A stretch of 64,000 bases of DNA. Source: Podarcis melisellensis. Its lineage: Eukaryota. The position numbers and the translations under genes are program-made. The stretch lies in the NCBI GenBank assembly GCA_964234715.1, contig OZ174283.1. One strand, given 5' to 3'. The notes under the pieces were generated by a model, which was not told the DNA's origin, searched no databases, and saw only the letters and a list, made by a program, of their open reading frames with translations. Positions 23,153 to 35,710 of this stretch are shown here, piece by piece. Positions within the stretch are counted from its first letter, which is position 1; every line of letters starts with the position of its first letter.

Positions 23153-25580
23153 GTTTAGGACACCAAACATAGCCCTTAAGAGCCTTGAACAAACTTTTTC
23201 AACACTTGAATTCAAAATTAAAATCTGAACACCATATAAGAGTTGGGCTAGCAATTTGGCAGTTAAAACTTGTCATGCTGAAGAAATATAACACATCCCT
23301 ATAGTGCACAAAAATGTTGAATCGCAACCATGCGTTATGTCATTGGTACTCTATTTACTTATGAACCCAACTTAAGATGCTATATTTACCTTAAAAAGTC
23401 TTAACTGGTTTGGGCTAAATACTTGAAGGAATGTATCTTCTCATACCAGTAAACTCATGTCTTAATTTTATATTATCTTTGCCTGATTAGGTTTTAATTG
23501 TTGATGCATTATTGTCCTTTATATTCATTTGTTGGTTTACAATTGCATCTATATATTTCTGAATTAGCTTTTATTTGCTCTTCCCTATACTATCCTCAGT
23601 CTCTTGAAGGGTGGTTTTAAATAAATAGATACGTGGAAATCAATGTTCTTGCCATTTTCCTTGGCAGATGATGTTTGCCAGACAATGTTGTTCTGCTAGA
23701 CATATACTAAAAAAAACAGGCAATGCAATGCATTAATGAACAGATTTGTGTTCCTCCTACTTTTACTACTACAGGAAAGTAGGAAACTTATTGTAGATGT
23801 AGGAAAAATATTTGGTGAGATAGTATTTCTAAACTAAAACAAATATGCTTAGTTTTTACTTAACTTCTGCCAGAATCGATAATCTTAAAAACATGCCTAT
23901 ATTCACAGCTTCTTTTCAAATAGCCAGTGGTAATGCTAAGGCACCATCCATCTCAAATTAGGGACATTGACAGCAATGCTCAGATACCTTCCCTGCACCA
24001 CTTGGGTAGTTTGCAGACAGAGGAAAATGATGCTCATATCTCTGTACAATTACCCTGCAGGTGTTACTCAGAACCCAACCATCAACTACAGCAATTTTCA
24101 GCAAACAGTAGAGCAGCCATGATGGATCAAAATGGATGAAAGAAAATAAGCTTTGCAACATTTCGACATGCTTTTGCTGATTGGGTACTTTTGCTGATTC
24201 TCAGTAGTCACGTAAGCAGTGCTCGAAACTCCCATTGTTCTAGGTGCATCTTGCAACAGGGAATTTCATTAGCGTGAGCAGTTTCTGAGCTCTGAGCACA
24301 GTACTGTGCTTAAGATTTCAGATTAAAATTGCAGAGTAGAGGGAAAGGAGGACCTTTTTCTGCCTCCCCACTTCCAGCTAATCTCTGAAAACTGAGGAAG
24401 ATACCCTCTTAAGAATATTAGGGGGGTGGGCAGGTGAAGGCCTAGACCATGTGAAAAATTAATATTTTAGCTGCAGTTCATTCATTTTCAGCTTTGTATT
24501 TTTGTTATAAAAAAGTGTGCCTAGACATTCCATTGTTGCACCCATAACCTAGGCTTAAGGTGCCTTTAGCTTTTAGCTTTCACATCTCAGTTTCTAACAC
24601 TGCATGTGAGATGTTAGCATCTTAGATGATGGTAAATTTAAAAACAGCATCATACTTTTACAAAGAAACATTCTCCCCAACTCCCTCCACTTGCTGTCTG
24701 TTCAACTTTGCTTCATGTGTTTTCACTCAGCTGAAACCCACAGGATCCTGGCTCACAGCCATGGATGGGTAACTGAACTTTATTCCAAAATGCTAATATG
24801 TGAGAAATTCTGTTTCACAACTAGATGGGCTGGAATAAGTCAAAAGGAGGCCAAATCGTCAATTAAGAAAGGAAATAAACTCTGATGGATTGCTTTCTTA
24901 AAGCTATTTTAATGTTGTTCTTATACAATTCTTAGTATATTTTATTTTTGCAGTACTACATTGTTTTTATGTTCCTATGCTGTGATTCAAAGTTCAGAGT
25001 GTCTTTATCTTCCAAATAAAGATAATAATATGCTTTGAAAGAAGCACTGGACACCAATAAGCTGACTGATTCATTTTAGTTCTAGTCTTGAGTCTGTGGT
25101 CTTTATTACTGGTTATGTTTAATCCCCATTGAACTGAGTTGCTAATGAGCAAATTTTGACCCCTGGTTAAAGGGCCCAATTAACTTTGGTGTGTTCGCCA
25201 AGAATTGGCTGATAAACACTAGTGTTTATGGGATCTCCAGATTAATAACAGATGGCCATCAGGGGTACTGTAGCTTTCAACTTGGTAGGATCCAGGTGAC
25301 CTGTGGAGCCTGTAATACATTTACCTGTTCACACAGACTGTTGAGGCTGGGCTACAATAGCATGCTTGGATGCCCTGCTTACAGTGCAAGAATTAAGAGA
25401 GGCTAGAGAGGCCCTTTCCTATTTCCATCCACTGTTAGATTGTTGCAATCTAAATTTAGAAACTTTTTAATGATAAGAAATACAGGTATGCTTTGAATTT
25501 AAAATGCAGAGCTATTTATTGATAAATAAATTTATTTCAAAGTGAGATTTACAAAATAAGTTATTTGCTGCAATTTTAGA

Positions 25581-25690
25581 GTGGTATTGAACTAGGTTTT
25601 ACTCAGATGAAACCCATTGAAATTAATGAACATAACTAAGTTAGGTCCATTAACTTCAATGGGTTTGAGTAAAACTTGGTTGAATACTAC
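25581..25690. mobile_element. Short palindromic MITE (related copy at ~18516-18621)
   Basis: Arms gtggtattgaactaggttttactca..cccattgaa.ttaatg / cattaacttcaatggg..tgagtaaaacttggttgaatactac. Confidence 0.7.
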
Positions 25691-27469
25691 CCTTAGTTTT
25701 CCCTTGTAGTCGCTCCTTATTTATTTAATATTTTAATTGTTAATACCTTTGTAGATTGCATAGAATAACTCGATGGGATACCAGCTGGAGCTTTTTAATG
25801 CCTTTCCACGATCCAGCAGCTTTGGCCAGGAACTCCCTTTCCCAGCAGATCTGATTGTACTGCTTCCACCTCATTTTTCAAACATCACCTGTTGCTTTTT
25901 AGAATACTATGATACCTGCTCACGTCGTCACTTTCTCTTTGTAAAGGCATTGGAGGATCTCAAAAAAGCTCTGTTAATGACTTTTTGAGATGTGGTTCAT
26001 AACATTTATCTTTATGTTTCGCACTGTATAATATGACTTTATAATACCTGGCCAATAAGGATTTTTTTACAATAATACATAGAGACAATTGCTTGATCTC
26101 AGGATTCCAGGGAGATGATGACACCAGTGAATAATAAATCACAAGAAACAGATTACTATACACAAACTCAGATGCAATAATCCAGCACAGAGGTTGGGAG
26201 CTGCTTAACTCCATTTGATTGTAGCTAGACATGTGCACTTGAATATAAGAACTCCTCTAATACCCTAGAAGTAGATGATAGGAGAATTCTATGGTTCCTA
26301 TGGTTTTTATGTTTGCTTAGCATCTTATATGTTGAAAAATTAATAGGTTCCATTTAGCATAGGCAATCAGTTGTATGAAGCAAGTGGTGGTGCCAGTAAA
26401 GGGTACAATGACAAGAATGAAGGTCTTTTTAGCCAGTGAGGTCAAGACCCAAAATTAGCCATTTTATTTGACAGCCATAGCCTGACAATCATGCTATTTA
26501 CTTTACACGGGTTCTGGTCTTCTTTTGGAAGCTTGGAACAACTTAAATGTGGCTTCCTGTTGTTTTCCAGCCTAGCATCAATCAAACCATACCTGTTTAG
26601 CGTCAAAGCAGCTATAGCAACAGGTACTCCTTGATTTCATCGGGCACTTTAGAAGATTGTTCTGTAAAGTTGAAGTAAGTACAGGAAAAGTTTTAGTCCC
26701 TGCTAACTTATTTCACATAGGGCACCGACAATTGATACTAATGCAGTTGTTGTAATACTTTGTATCTGAAATCATTTCTTATTCTAACAAATCATCTAGA
26801 TTTGTTGTCTTAAGTTGCCTATTTCCAGATATATTATGAATCTTGAATGTGTGTGTGCATGCATGCGCTCACACACACACCTGACTTGTAACTTAGTTTT
26901 TCCTTGACCCATGAATTTTTTGTTGGAAATTACCCTCATTTCTGTAATATATGAACAAAAACTATGAAATAATACTTATTATGTAAATGAGCAGTTTAGT
27001 TAGTGTGTCCACTGATCTTTATGGGTAGCATATTTCCCCACATTTTGTTTGTAGAGCAGATGTGGAAGGGTATATATGTGAAATTATAGTAACTACTCCA
27101 TGCTGTCTAAAACTATACAAACATAAAGCATTAATTAGTTACATTCCAGTGTAAACTGTCTGTTAGATTTAACACTATGTTGGGCATGTCCTTGTGCATC
27201 ATGTCTATAAATGAAATCAATAGAAATCAGTTCATTATTCTGTAATTAGGTATATTGACTGCCGCCCTGTAAATCACTGAACCATACAACTAATATTTCC
27301 TCCAATGTTTCACTTGGTTAGGAAAGAAAATGAATTGCCTTGAAATAAGAAGTGTATAAGACGAATATCTGCAAACCTTGTTTTTAACCTAGATTTTATT
27401 GTTCAACTGGCAGTGTTCAATTATTCCAGAAATTAATAGGGAAGCATTATGTGATTATTTTGGTCACAT

Positions 27470-27900
27470 GTGCTTAGGCTTCCTTACAGGCTGATCTATA
27501 GTTAGGACAGGAGTAACTAATGAGGTGTCCTCATATGTTGTTTTTATGAAGTCAGAGAGCTGACATCATGCTGGTACGATTGAAGGAAATTCCAAACATA
27601 CAGTTCAGCAAGGAGAGTAGGTTGCCACTGAAGGAGAAGGAGATCTTTGGATGTTGGTGGAGCTTGAGAGAATATCATGGGGAGGGATGTATTGGAATAT
27701 TAGAAATGTGAGATATGAGAGGCAAGGCTATGAAGGGAACTTGAAGGTAAGGATAGACAGAATGCCAGTGTAGCTATTTGAGGGGAAAACATTTTGGTAG
27801 CAAGAGTGCTGAATGCATGTTGGCATTTCTGTGTGAACAACTTTGAGACAGGTCACTGTGTTGGTCTATAGGAGCAGAAAGAAAAAAGAGGCTGCAAAAC
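27470..27900 (-). mobile_element. Old L2-like LINE 3' fragment
   Basis: Purine-rich degenerate sequence with L2-type motifs (gaaattcca..., gcaaggctatgaaggg..cttgaaggt). Family assignment is by recall only. Confidence 0.45.
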
Positions 27901-28064
27901 CAATAAAGACCTGTATGCTTTTATGACAGTGTACTTTTGTGGGCTGCAGTCCACTTCAATTGATAATTGACTTTGTTGATTTCGGGAATAAGAGATAACT
28001 CCCAGCCTTTGTATATCTTTGAATGTGGTAATATTGTTTCCTGAGTAAAGAGGTATTGGATAAC

Positions 28065-28158
28065 ACTCCCTCACACCTGGAAGAACAAGAAAATATAATT
28101 ATATTATTATTACTCCCTCACACCTGGAAGAACAAGAAAATATAATTATATTATTATT
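28065..28158. repeat. Perfect 47-bp tandem duplication
   Basis: ACTCCCTCACACCTGGAAGAACAAGAAAATATAATTATATTATTATT occurs twice in tandem. Confidence 0.97.
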
Positions 28159-29679
28159 ACTGTTTGAATTACAGTATTGTTATGACAACCTTGTGCCTAA
28201 TGTTGCTTACTGTAGTACATTGTGCAAAGCCTTTGTATTATTACTTGGTCTGTAATTTTATTTCATTTCTTCTTTCCCTCTGTTTTAAAATCTAACCCTC
28301 CCTCATTTTTGCATTTCTAGTTGTATTCTTGAGAGGATGTAATTTGTTCAAAATAAATTATAGAAGATTTTTTAAAAAACAGATGCATGAAGTGTTAACC
28401 ATCACTTGTCAGGATTTATAGGGCCATGGTATTGACACTATGTTAAGTGTGAGCCAGCTATATTGAATTTTGCCATTATAATGATAATTTTTTGGGGGGG
28501 GAGGGAAGACAGCACAGTTAGAAAATAGTTCAATGGATTGATTTGAAACTTGGCATCGTGGGAAAGGTAAGCTTGAGGATGGTTCATGCTGATTTGGGGA
28601 TAGAAAGGATAAGAAACTGTTCTGACTTGACTTTTGATGCTCAAAAGTTGGCAAGATATGTGTGTTTTTCTTCTACAGACTTTGCTGGGGTTGTTTAGGG
28701 GAAAATATATCTGTACTGTGGCTTTGGGCAAATAGTTTGTTGTGTTAGGTCAATGAGTTGCATAAAATATTTGTAATCTTTGTTTAAAATGCATTTTTAT
28801 GGCTAATGTTAGGCAACAGGAATTCAGAAGGGTGTCCCTTCACATACTCATTACTAAACTGTTTTGAGAGAAGCCTGGGAGCTTAATAGATTGCTGAGTG
28901 AGAGTAACAGGCAAAGAGAGTTTGTTGGGAAATGGACTGGGGGTGGATGGGTGAAGTACATTTGTTAATTTTCTTTATTCAGTTTATATCCCAGCTTTAC
29001 TCCAGTGATCTCAATGAGGCATACATTTTCCCCCCCTCACCATGTTATCCTCACAATACAAAGGATTCTAGTGATGTAACTGGGCACCCCAAAACAAAAT
29101 GGTTAGCAGCAAAGGCAGATTGAAAAAAATGGCCTGCACAATGAAGTCCAATATTGTATCATATTATAGGGGGTGATGTGGCTGTGAATGTGTGTGTTAC
29201 CTCTACTCTGCAAAGCAGCTCAGTGTTACAATCATATTGCTGGAAAGGGCATGAGAGGGAATGGTGTATGACAACCCTGTGGTATAGTCAAGATTCCAGA
29301 ACAGTACACTTTAAAAATGCATTTACCGCATGTTGGCTTTGTAGAATTGAAACAATAAAGAAAATCTATTTTAATAATTTACCATAGGACCTTGAAATGC
29401 TTTTGTCTTTGGACTTTGTTAATCTGGGTCAGCCATAGTTATGATTCTCTTTATAAGGTCACTCAGAAATTATGACTAACAGAGCATTTCAATGGCCCTT
29501 TCATACTTTCCTTAAGTAAGATACCCAGTTATTCCTTACAATTTCCTATTGAAATACTGATGAGCTTTAACATTGAGAAATTGCTGCTTTAGAATGGGTC
29601 ATAATTTGTTTTCCTAAATATTTAATCACAATCACTTTAGAATTGTAACTGACTATTCTACTTTTTGGTGGAATAAAAC

Positions 29680-29740
29680 TATGATTGTCACTATAGTTCA
29701 CAGTTACTGTACTTAACTGTGAACTATAGTGACAATCATA
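29680..29740. repeat. Perfect 27-bp inverted repeat with 7-nt loop
   Basis: TATGATTGTCACTATAGTTCACAGTTA-ctgtact-TAACTGTGAACTATAGTGACAATCATA. Confidence 0.97.
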
Positions 29741-30235
29741 AATTCACATTTCTGCATCCATATTCGCTAGGCTACTTTTAACAAACACTTCTGTATTCTG
29801 TTATTTTCCCCATTTGCCCCACCCCATAAATGACTCTTGGATAATACTCTTCATCAGTATGTTAGTTTTAATTAGTACAAAATGGTGCTTCCTAGAACCT
29901 AGATCAGTGTTTAACAGCACTGTGTAATTCTGCTTTAGTTTTTGGAATCTGGCTTTGATACAAAAGAGCAGTCCTGAATACCAGAAAAAGAAGAACATTT
30001 GTAGAGCAAGGGTGGCTAGCCTTTTTTGAGGGTAGGGCTAATTCCACCTTTGCCAACTTTCTGGGGCCTACAAACCAACTGGAGGTGTGGCCACCCTGCG
30101 CACGTGCGCACACACGCACGCGCACACACACACACTAGAATCATAACTCTACATTGTAGTATTCTCTATACATGGTGACGGTATTCTGTAAACGTTTTGA
30201 CCTGTGACGCCCCCCCCCCCTCTCTCTGTGTGTAC

Positions 30236-30530
30236 GCCAAACCATGGCTTTGTGTGTTCAGCCTCCCAGAGAGGAGATTGTAGCTAATTTGCTCCTCATC
30301 TGGTCCTGCTGCACTGCTGTGAATTTATCAAGTGTGTTCATTTAAACCATGGCTTGTGGTTTGTTTTCTCCAGACAAGCAACGAATTATAAACCAAGAAC
30401 AAACCTTGTTTGCAGCATGAAGCCAAGCCATGAATTAATTTGCTGCAGTGCAGCAGAGCCAAAGCAAGACCAAAGTGGCCATAATCTCCTCTTGAGGAAC
30501 CCACATGTTTGCACTTAGCCACGGTTTGTC
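30236..30530. mobile_element. Degenerate fold-back MITE with AAACCATGG motifs (related pieces at ~18250-18345 and ~47475-47715)
   Basis: Matching arms agaggagattgt/ataatctcctct and ctgctgcactgc/gcagtgcagcag. Confidence 0.6.
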
Positions 30531-31379
30531 TTAGGTCTACATATGAGCAGTTCAAGGAGTGGGGGTTTTATGCACTTAGTTTAATATGCAGATATTTAGA
30601 GTTGTATCCAACTAAATTATTGTGTATGTGTGGAATGACTTCTGCAAAGGCAACATAATTTTCCATTCCTTTTCACTTACCGCCTGTACCCAGCGCTACC
30701 CCAAAATCTGCTCTGGGGGCATGTTTGAGGGGGCAGGGTGAGTAGGAGAAGGGAAGTTCCATTGTACTAATGGATGTCATTTTGTGTGTGCAATGATTTA
30801 GTTAAACAATATAATAAGATTCTTAAGTGAAAAACTAGGCAGGGTAGATTAGGTTTAGAGTTGTGCAAGATTGTATAAGTGTTCTTATTAGGTGATGTAG
30901 GGACATGTTGCTCTCTACAGTGGAAATGGTGATCTTATGTAGGCTCTGCATTTCGAAAGTAGAATCTAGTAGTGGGGAAGTGCTTTGGAATGATCTTATT
31001 ACTGTGCTTAGCTGACAAGTAGTAGCTTCTTCCATAACCTCCCACTGTCAATATCAGCTGAATGGTTTCAGGCACAGCTGTGGAAATATTTAAAGAGGAC
31101 TGTGTGGCTCTTTGGAGCCGTGCTTTTCAGTAGTGTCTTGTAACTTCTTTAAAAGCTGTAGTTTGGGTAGAGGGCAACCAGATAGAGACTAATCTAGCTG
31201 AGCTTCAACTTCTGCTGGTTCATTTCCTATAGGGGAACTGGAAACAAAGAAAGTAGCTAGAGCAGATAGCAAAGGCAGGTTTATTATTCCTGTCCCATGC
31301 ACTCCCCTATCCACTTTCATTCTAATTGAATGAGAGGGTCTGGAGTGTGGTAAGGATGTCTAAAGCTTGGGAAACTACC

Positions 31380-32051
31380 TGGAGGTGTAAAGTAAAGGAG
31401 GGTAATTTCATGCATATGTGGTGGGCCTGCGAGGAAATTAAAAAATTCTGGGATACTATATACAACGAGTTAAAAAAAATATTAAAATACACTTTCCCAA
31501 AAAGACCAGAGGCCTTCCTATTAGGCATCATAGGAGAGGAGATAAGGAAAGAAGACGTAGTTTTGTTCCAGTACTCAACAGCAGCGGCCAGATTGCTAAT
31601 TGCTCAAAAATGGAAAGGCACGAGCACCCCAACGATGATGGAATGGCAAAATAAACTATATGACTTCTTTGAATTGGCAAACATGACGCAGAAAATCAGA
31701 AACCAAAAAAATACAAAGTTAAGGGACGATTGGGCTAAATTTATGACATACATAGAAAGAAATTATGAAAACATACCAACTATAGTAGGTTTATTATAAA
31801 ACTTTCGATGTTTCAAGTTATTAAACTACAACAGCTGTAAAAATGGAATTTTGTAAAAATTAGGAATCCGGAATCAAGAGGGATGGAAGTTGAACTGTAA
31901 ATGTAACGTGCTATGTTGTCTTGTTTTTTCTCTATTTTTTCTCTCTTTTTTACTTTTTACTTTTTTTTCTTTTTTTTTCACATCTATTCATTTTGTCATC
32001 TGTATGCATCAAACGAAACTTAATAAAAAGAATTTAAAAAAACAAAACAAA
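31380..32051 (+). mobile_element. 5'-truncated L1-clade LINE: ORF2 C-terminus, 3'UTR and A-rich tail
   Basis: ORF 31326..31799 contains WRC...GNFMHMWWAC (zf-RVT/CCHC motif) and AARLLIAQKWK. It is followed by a T-rich UTR, AATAAA at 32022-32027 and an A-rich tail. Confidence 0.9.
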
Positions 32052-32954
32052 TTCTTATTAAGTATGCATGCATCACAGGGGTCTGTATCTTTTGGTTCCT
32101 CTGGAAATTTGTGAACTATGGGAGAAGCATAAAATGAATGGTGACTGTAGTTGACCAACATAGGTTCTGAATGAACAATTAAGGGTTAGAGAGATAAATA
32201 ATTTTACTATTTATTTGTTACTTCAGATTACTGCTTAGAAAAAAATAGTACAACCCCCCCCCAAAAGTATTTTATGTTGTCAACCAACCTGTGTTTAAAC
32301 AACAACAACATAGCAGTTGAGAGGTTATGCTAGCCATGAGCATCATGTTTTTTTAAAAAAAACCAGACTATAGAAATTTCAGAGCTTTCTTTGTTTAACA
32401 CAATTTCAGTTGCTTACGTGTTGCATGATACATAGCTATAGTTTTGCATTTCTGCCTCACAAATTAAGTAATATTTTCCTACTTCTCATTAGTTTCTAAA
32501 AACGGAATCAAACAAGTTTGAAACATATTCCAATATTTAAGCATTGCTCCCTCAACCCTACTTGGCACAAGTATTTGTGCATTAACAGGTGTTCATCTCA
32601 CAAAAGCCAGTGACTGCCATCCTAAATATAGTCATGGTAACTCCCACTGATTCCTTTGAGACCGTTCACATGATTCCAGTGGGAATCATGAGTAAATGCT
32701 CACTAAAGGGTTTGTTCTTAGCAAGTCATATTCCATTCTTACATTTACAGCAACAGCCATAGTAATGTCAATGTTTGTCACATATTTGAAAAGCATACAT
32801 TTGAAACACCCTCTCAACCCTTCTGTCCTTAAGGATTTGCTTAATGAATTTTGTATGGTTTTAGTACTGACGAGTACTGTTAATCATTCAAATGTTTATG
32901 AAGTGAATGTCTAGGTACACAATTTAATTATGCCTTTTCTGTTTCTGTCTACAG

Positions 32955-33086
32955 CTTCCTGCAGATTTCACAAAACTGCACCTTACTGACAGTCTCCACC
33001 CACAGGTGACCCACGTTTCATCTAGTCATTCAGGATGTAGTATCACTAGTGACTCTGGAAGCAGCAGCCTGTCTGATATCTACCAG
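32955..33086 (+). CDS. RAPGEF2: RAPGEF2 first common exon ([44 protein letters not shown]), 132 nt, phase 0-0
   Basis: tctgtctacag|CTT ... CAG|gtatga. It is missing from the ORF track but translates to the recalled RAPGEF2 sequence. Confidence 0.96.
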
Positions 33087-33914
33087 GTATGATAGTGAAC
33101 AGTTGTAATTGAGCTAAGTCAGTATTGTAAAAATGGCAACCGGCATAATAACTACATGAAGATTGGGAGAATTCGGTTAAATTGTAGTGGTTAGTTTCAT
33201 AGTCTACAGAATCTTATACCCATGCCCACCCATCTCCTTTCCCTATTCTGTGTTCATGTATTTTATTCTTTTTAGAAAACAGATTCATTTGCAAATGCCA
33301 GTTAGAACCTTTGGAGGCAAATGCCACTTTATAGCCCTACTGATTGAGATGCACGCTTTCCTACATGCTTAATGGAGAAAGACCTTGTTTACTCTTGGTA
33401 TTAAGTAATTTGGTAGAAATCTGGATAATATGAAGATATTGATGGGAACATCATGCTTTGTTATTTCAGTACAGTCATAGCAATTTCACAATGGGTTGCT
33501 ATCCATTTAAGTGGAAGGCAAATTATCCAGATCTCATAAATAAAACTTGTTTCTTACAAAAGGGTCTTTACTTTTGAACAGCGCAATCAGTTTGCTCATG
33601 CATGCACATGAAATAGCCAACCTTCTACAAGTGACATCTTACTATTTGTTCCACTTTTTCTGTTGGCTGGTTTATTTAACATATCAAGTGCCCTTCAACC
33701 AAATAGTTTCCAGTGCAGTTTATAACACAAAATCAGGGCAAGAGCAGACATGAAATAAACAAATAAACAAATAAATGATTAGAAACAGTAGGTTAAAGCA
33801 ATTAAAACTCAGATTAGAAAGTGAAGTAGAACAGGAAGAGCCTAGCCTGGGACTAAACATGTTTCAATGTAAGCACATTACACACAGCTTGAGAAGGGTT
33901 GTGCTAGTGATCCT

Positions 33915-34057
33915 AGGTTCAATCCCGGGCATTCCTTATACGGCTGGGGAAGACTCCTGTATGAAACTCTGGACAGCCACTGCCAATCAGCATAGACAGT
34001 AGTGAGCTAGATGGACTAATGGTCTGAGCCGGTATAAGGCAGCTTCCTATGTTTCTA
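33915..34057 (+). mobile_element. Squam3-like tRNA-derived SINE (degenerate head)
   Basis: B-box-like ggttcaatccc and a CR1-like tail gagctagatggactaatggtctga..gtataaggcagcttcctatgtt. Confidence 0.75.
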
Positions 34058-35710
34058 GTATGTAAGGTAATGGGAAATAATTAGTAGATTTAGGGATATG
34101 GTTCATAATACTTTCAGAGTCCAAAACATTGTCACGAAGAACAAAGTAAACAGCTGTTGGTGATGGTGGTGGGGCATTTCTGCAAGTTCATTCTATGATT
34201 ATGTCTTAAATTGTATCTTAAGAAATGCCTAAGGGAAAAAACATTTGAATTCAGAATAAATGTAGGATGTAATTACTAAAAGTTGTGATTGATTGTCCCA
34301 CAATAAAACAAATATTGTGAGAAGGTAAGGGTCAGATTATAGATACGTAGTCTGCAGCTCAGTTTGATCCTTCTGCTTTTGTATTGATTGGAATACAAAG
34401 ATGTGATCTTGAATGGTAATGATGATTGTGTTAAGATTGTTTGCTCTAGTCTTACAGAAGAACTATAATGTAGAGCAGGGGTATGGAACTGCCAGCCCCT
34501 GGACCACTTAAGGGGTTCCATATTTCCCAAGCTACGCCCACCCATCAGCTGATATTGCTGGTGGTACCAACTGTTGGGCAGGAGGACAGGGTTTAGAACC
34601 CCTTCCCTTCTTATTTAAGGATGAGGGGGAGAGGGTACCACTGCTGTCTTCCTCCTGCTGAAAGAAGCAGAGCAAAATGCTGTTTGAAACAGCTCTTTAA
34701 AGAATGGGAGAGACTGGGTCAAATGACACCTTGCCGCTTTAAGCCAGCCCTCATGTTCCCTTTAGACAGAGGCAGGTGGCTGGTTCTAACAGCACTTTGC
34801 CGCTTTAAGCCATTTCAGGGGCTGAAGAGACAGATGCTGGTATTTTACAAGCAATGTGTCTTCAAGAGAACCCCTTTTCACAGTGGAATTAAAAAAACGG
34901 GGTTTTCCCTTCTGTTTTCTGATCTGCTGTGAAACAGGCATCTCTTGAGTTTAATGGTGCTTGTAAAATAGGCTTCTTCCTCCCCCCTGCTTCCCCACAC
35001 CAGATGAGGAAAACCTGTGTTCAGGTCTTGCAAAGCGGCTTTCCCCTCCCCATGGTAGGCAGAGAGAGTGATGCTGGTACTTCCAGAAGCTCAAGTGAAG
35101 CCCCTGCAAAACCTGAAAAAGCAGGGTTTCCCTCCTCTGCCTTTGCAGATCTGCAGCTAGACATATTGTGCCTGTGAGGCGCTTCAAGCAGTCTGTAGGT
35201 TAGTTTAAAGTTTTGGAAATCATTGGGCCAGTTTGCCGGTCAACTCTCTTGAACTAATAATTGTCAAGTGGTAAGTTTGGTGTCCAGTGAACAATATGTT
35301 CTAAATCAGATCAAACCTTCCCTATACTAGCTAACTCCCAGCAACAGGAAACTAGCCCAAATAGAGTGTGAAGCAAATGGGATTCCTGGAAGCAAAACAC
35401 TGTATTTTTAGGGCCAATGTATTTTTTACTGGTGAACCTTAAAATGAATCAAATAATTAGTGCACATCACATCCTTTGGGATCACCTGTCCTAGTTGCTT
35501 ACTGGAAAACGCAGACAAAGGCACATTAGCCAAATGCTGCCTTCCAGTTTCACACACACAAAAAAAACCTGTGAAAAGAGGCACCCCTCCCCCATTCTCA
35601 AGAAACTTTCGCATTTCTTTGGAATTTTTTGGGGAGCACAGGGTTTAGAATTTACTTTATTGCTCCAAAGTGTCGATGAGTTGGGTGTACATTTCTCTAT
35701 ACTTTAAATA

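Noticed and set aside
28531-28572. Strong donor-like AAG|gtaagc (similar sites at ~7936 and ~21531)
   Set aside because: No in-frame ATG or phase-0 open frame leading to it, so it cannot be supported as a coding exon.
31326-31799. 157-aa ORF as an independent gene
   Set aside because: It is the C-terminal remnant of L1 ORF2. The start is a TTG in flanking DNA and the first ~18 codons are probably not element-derived.
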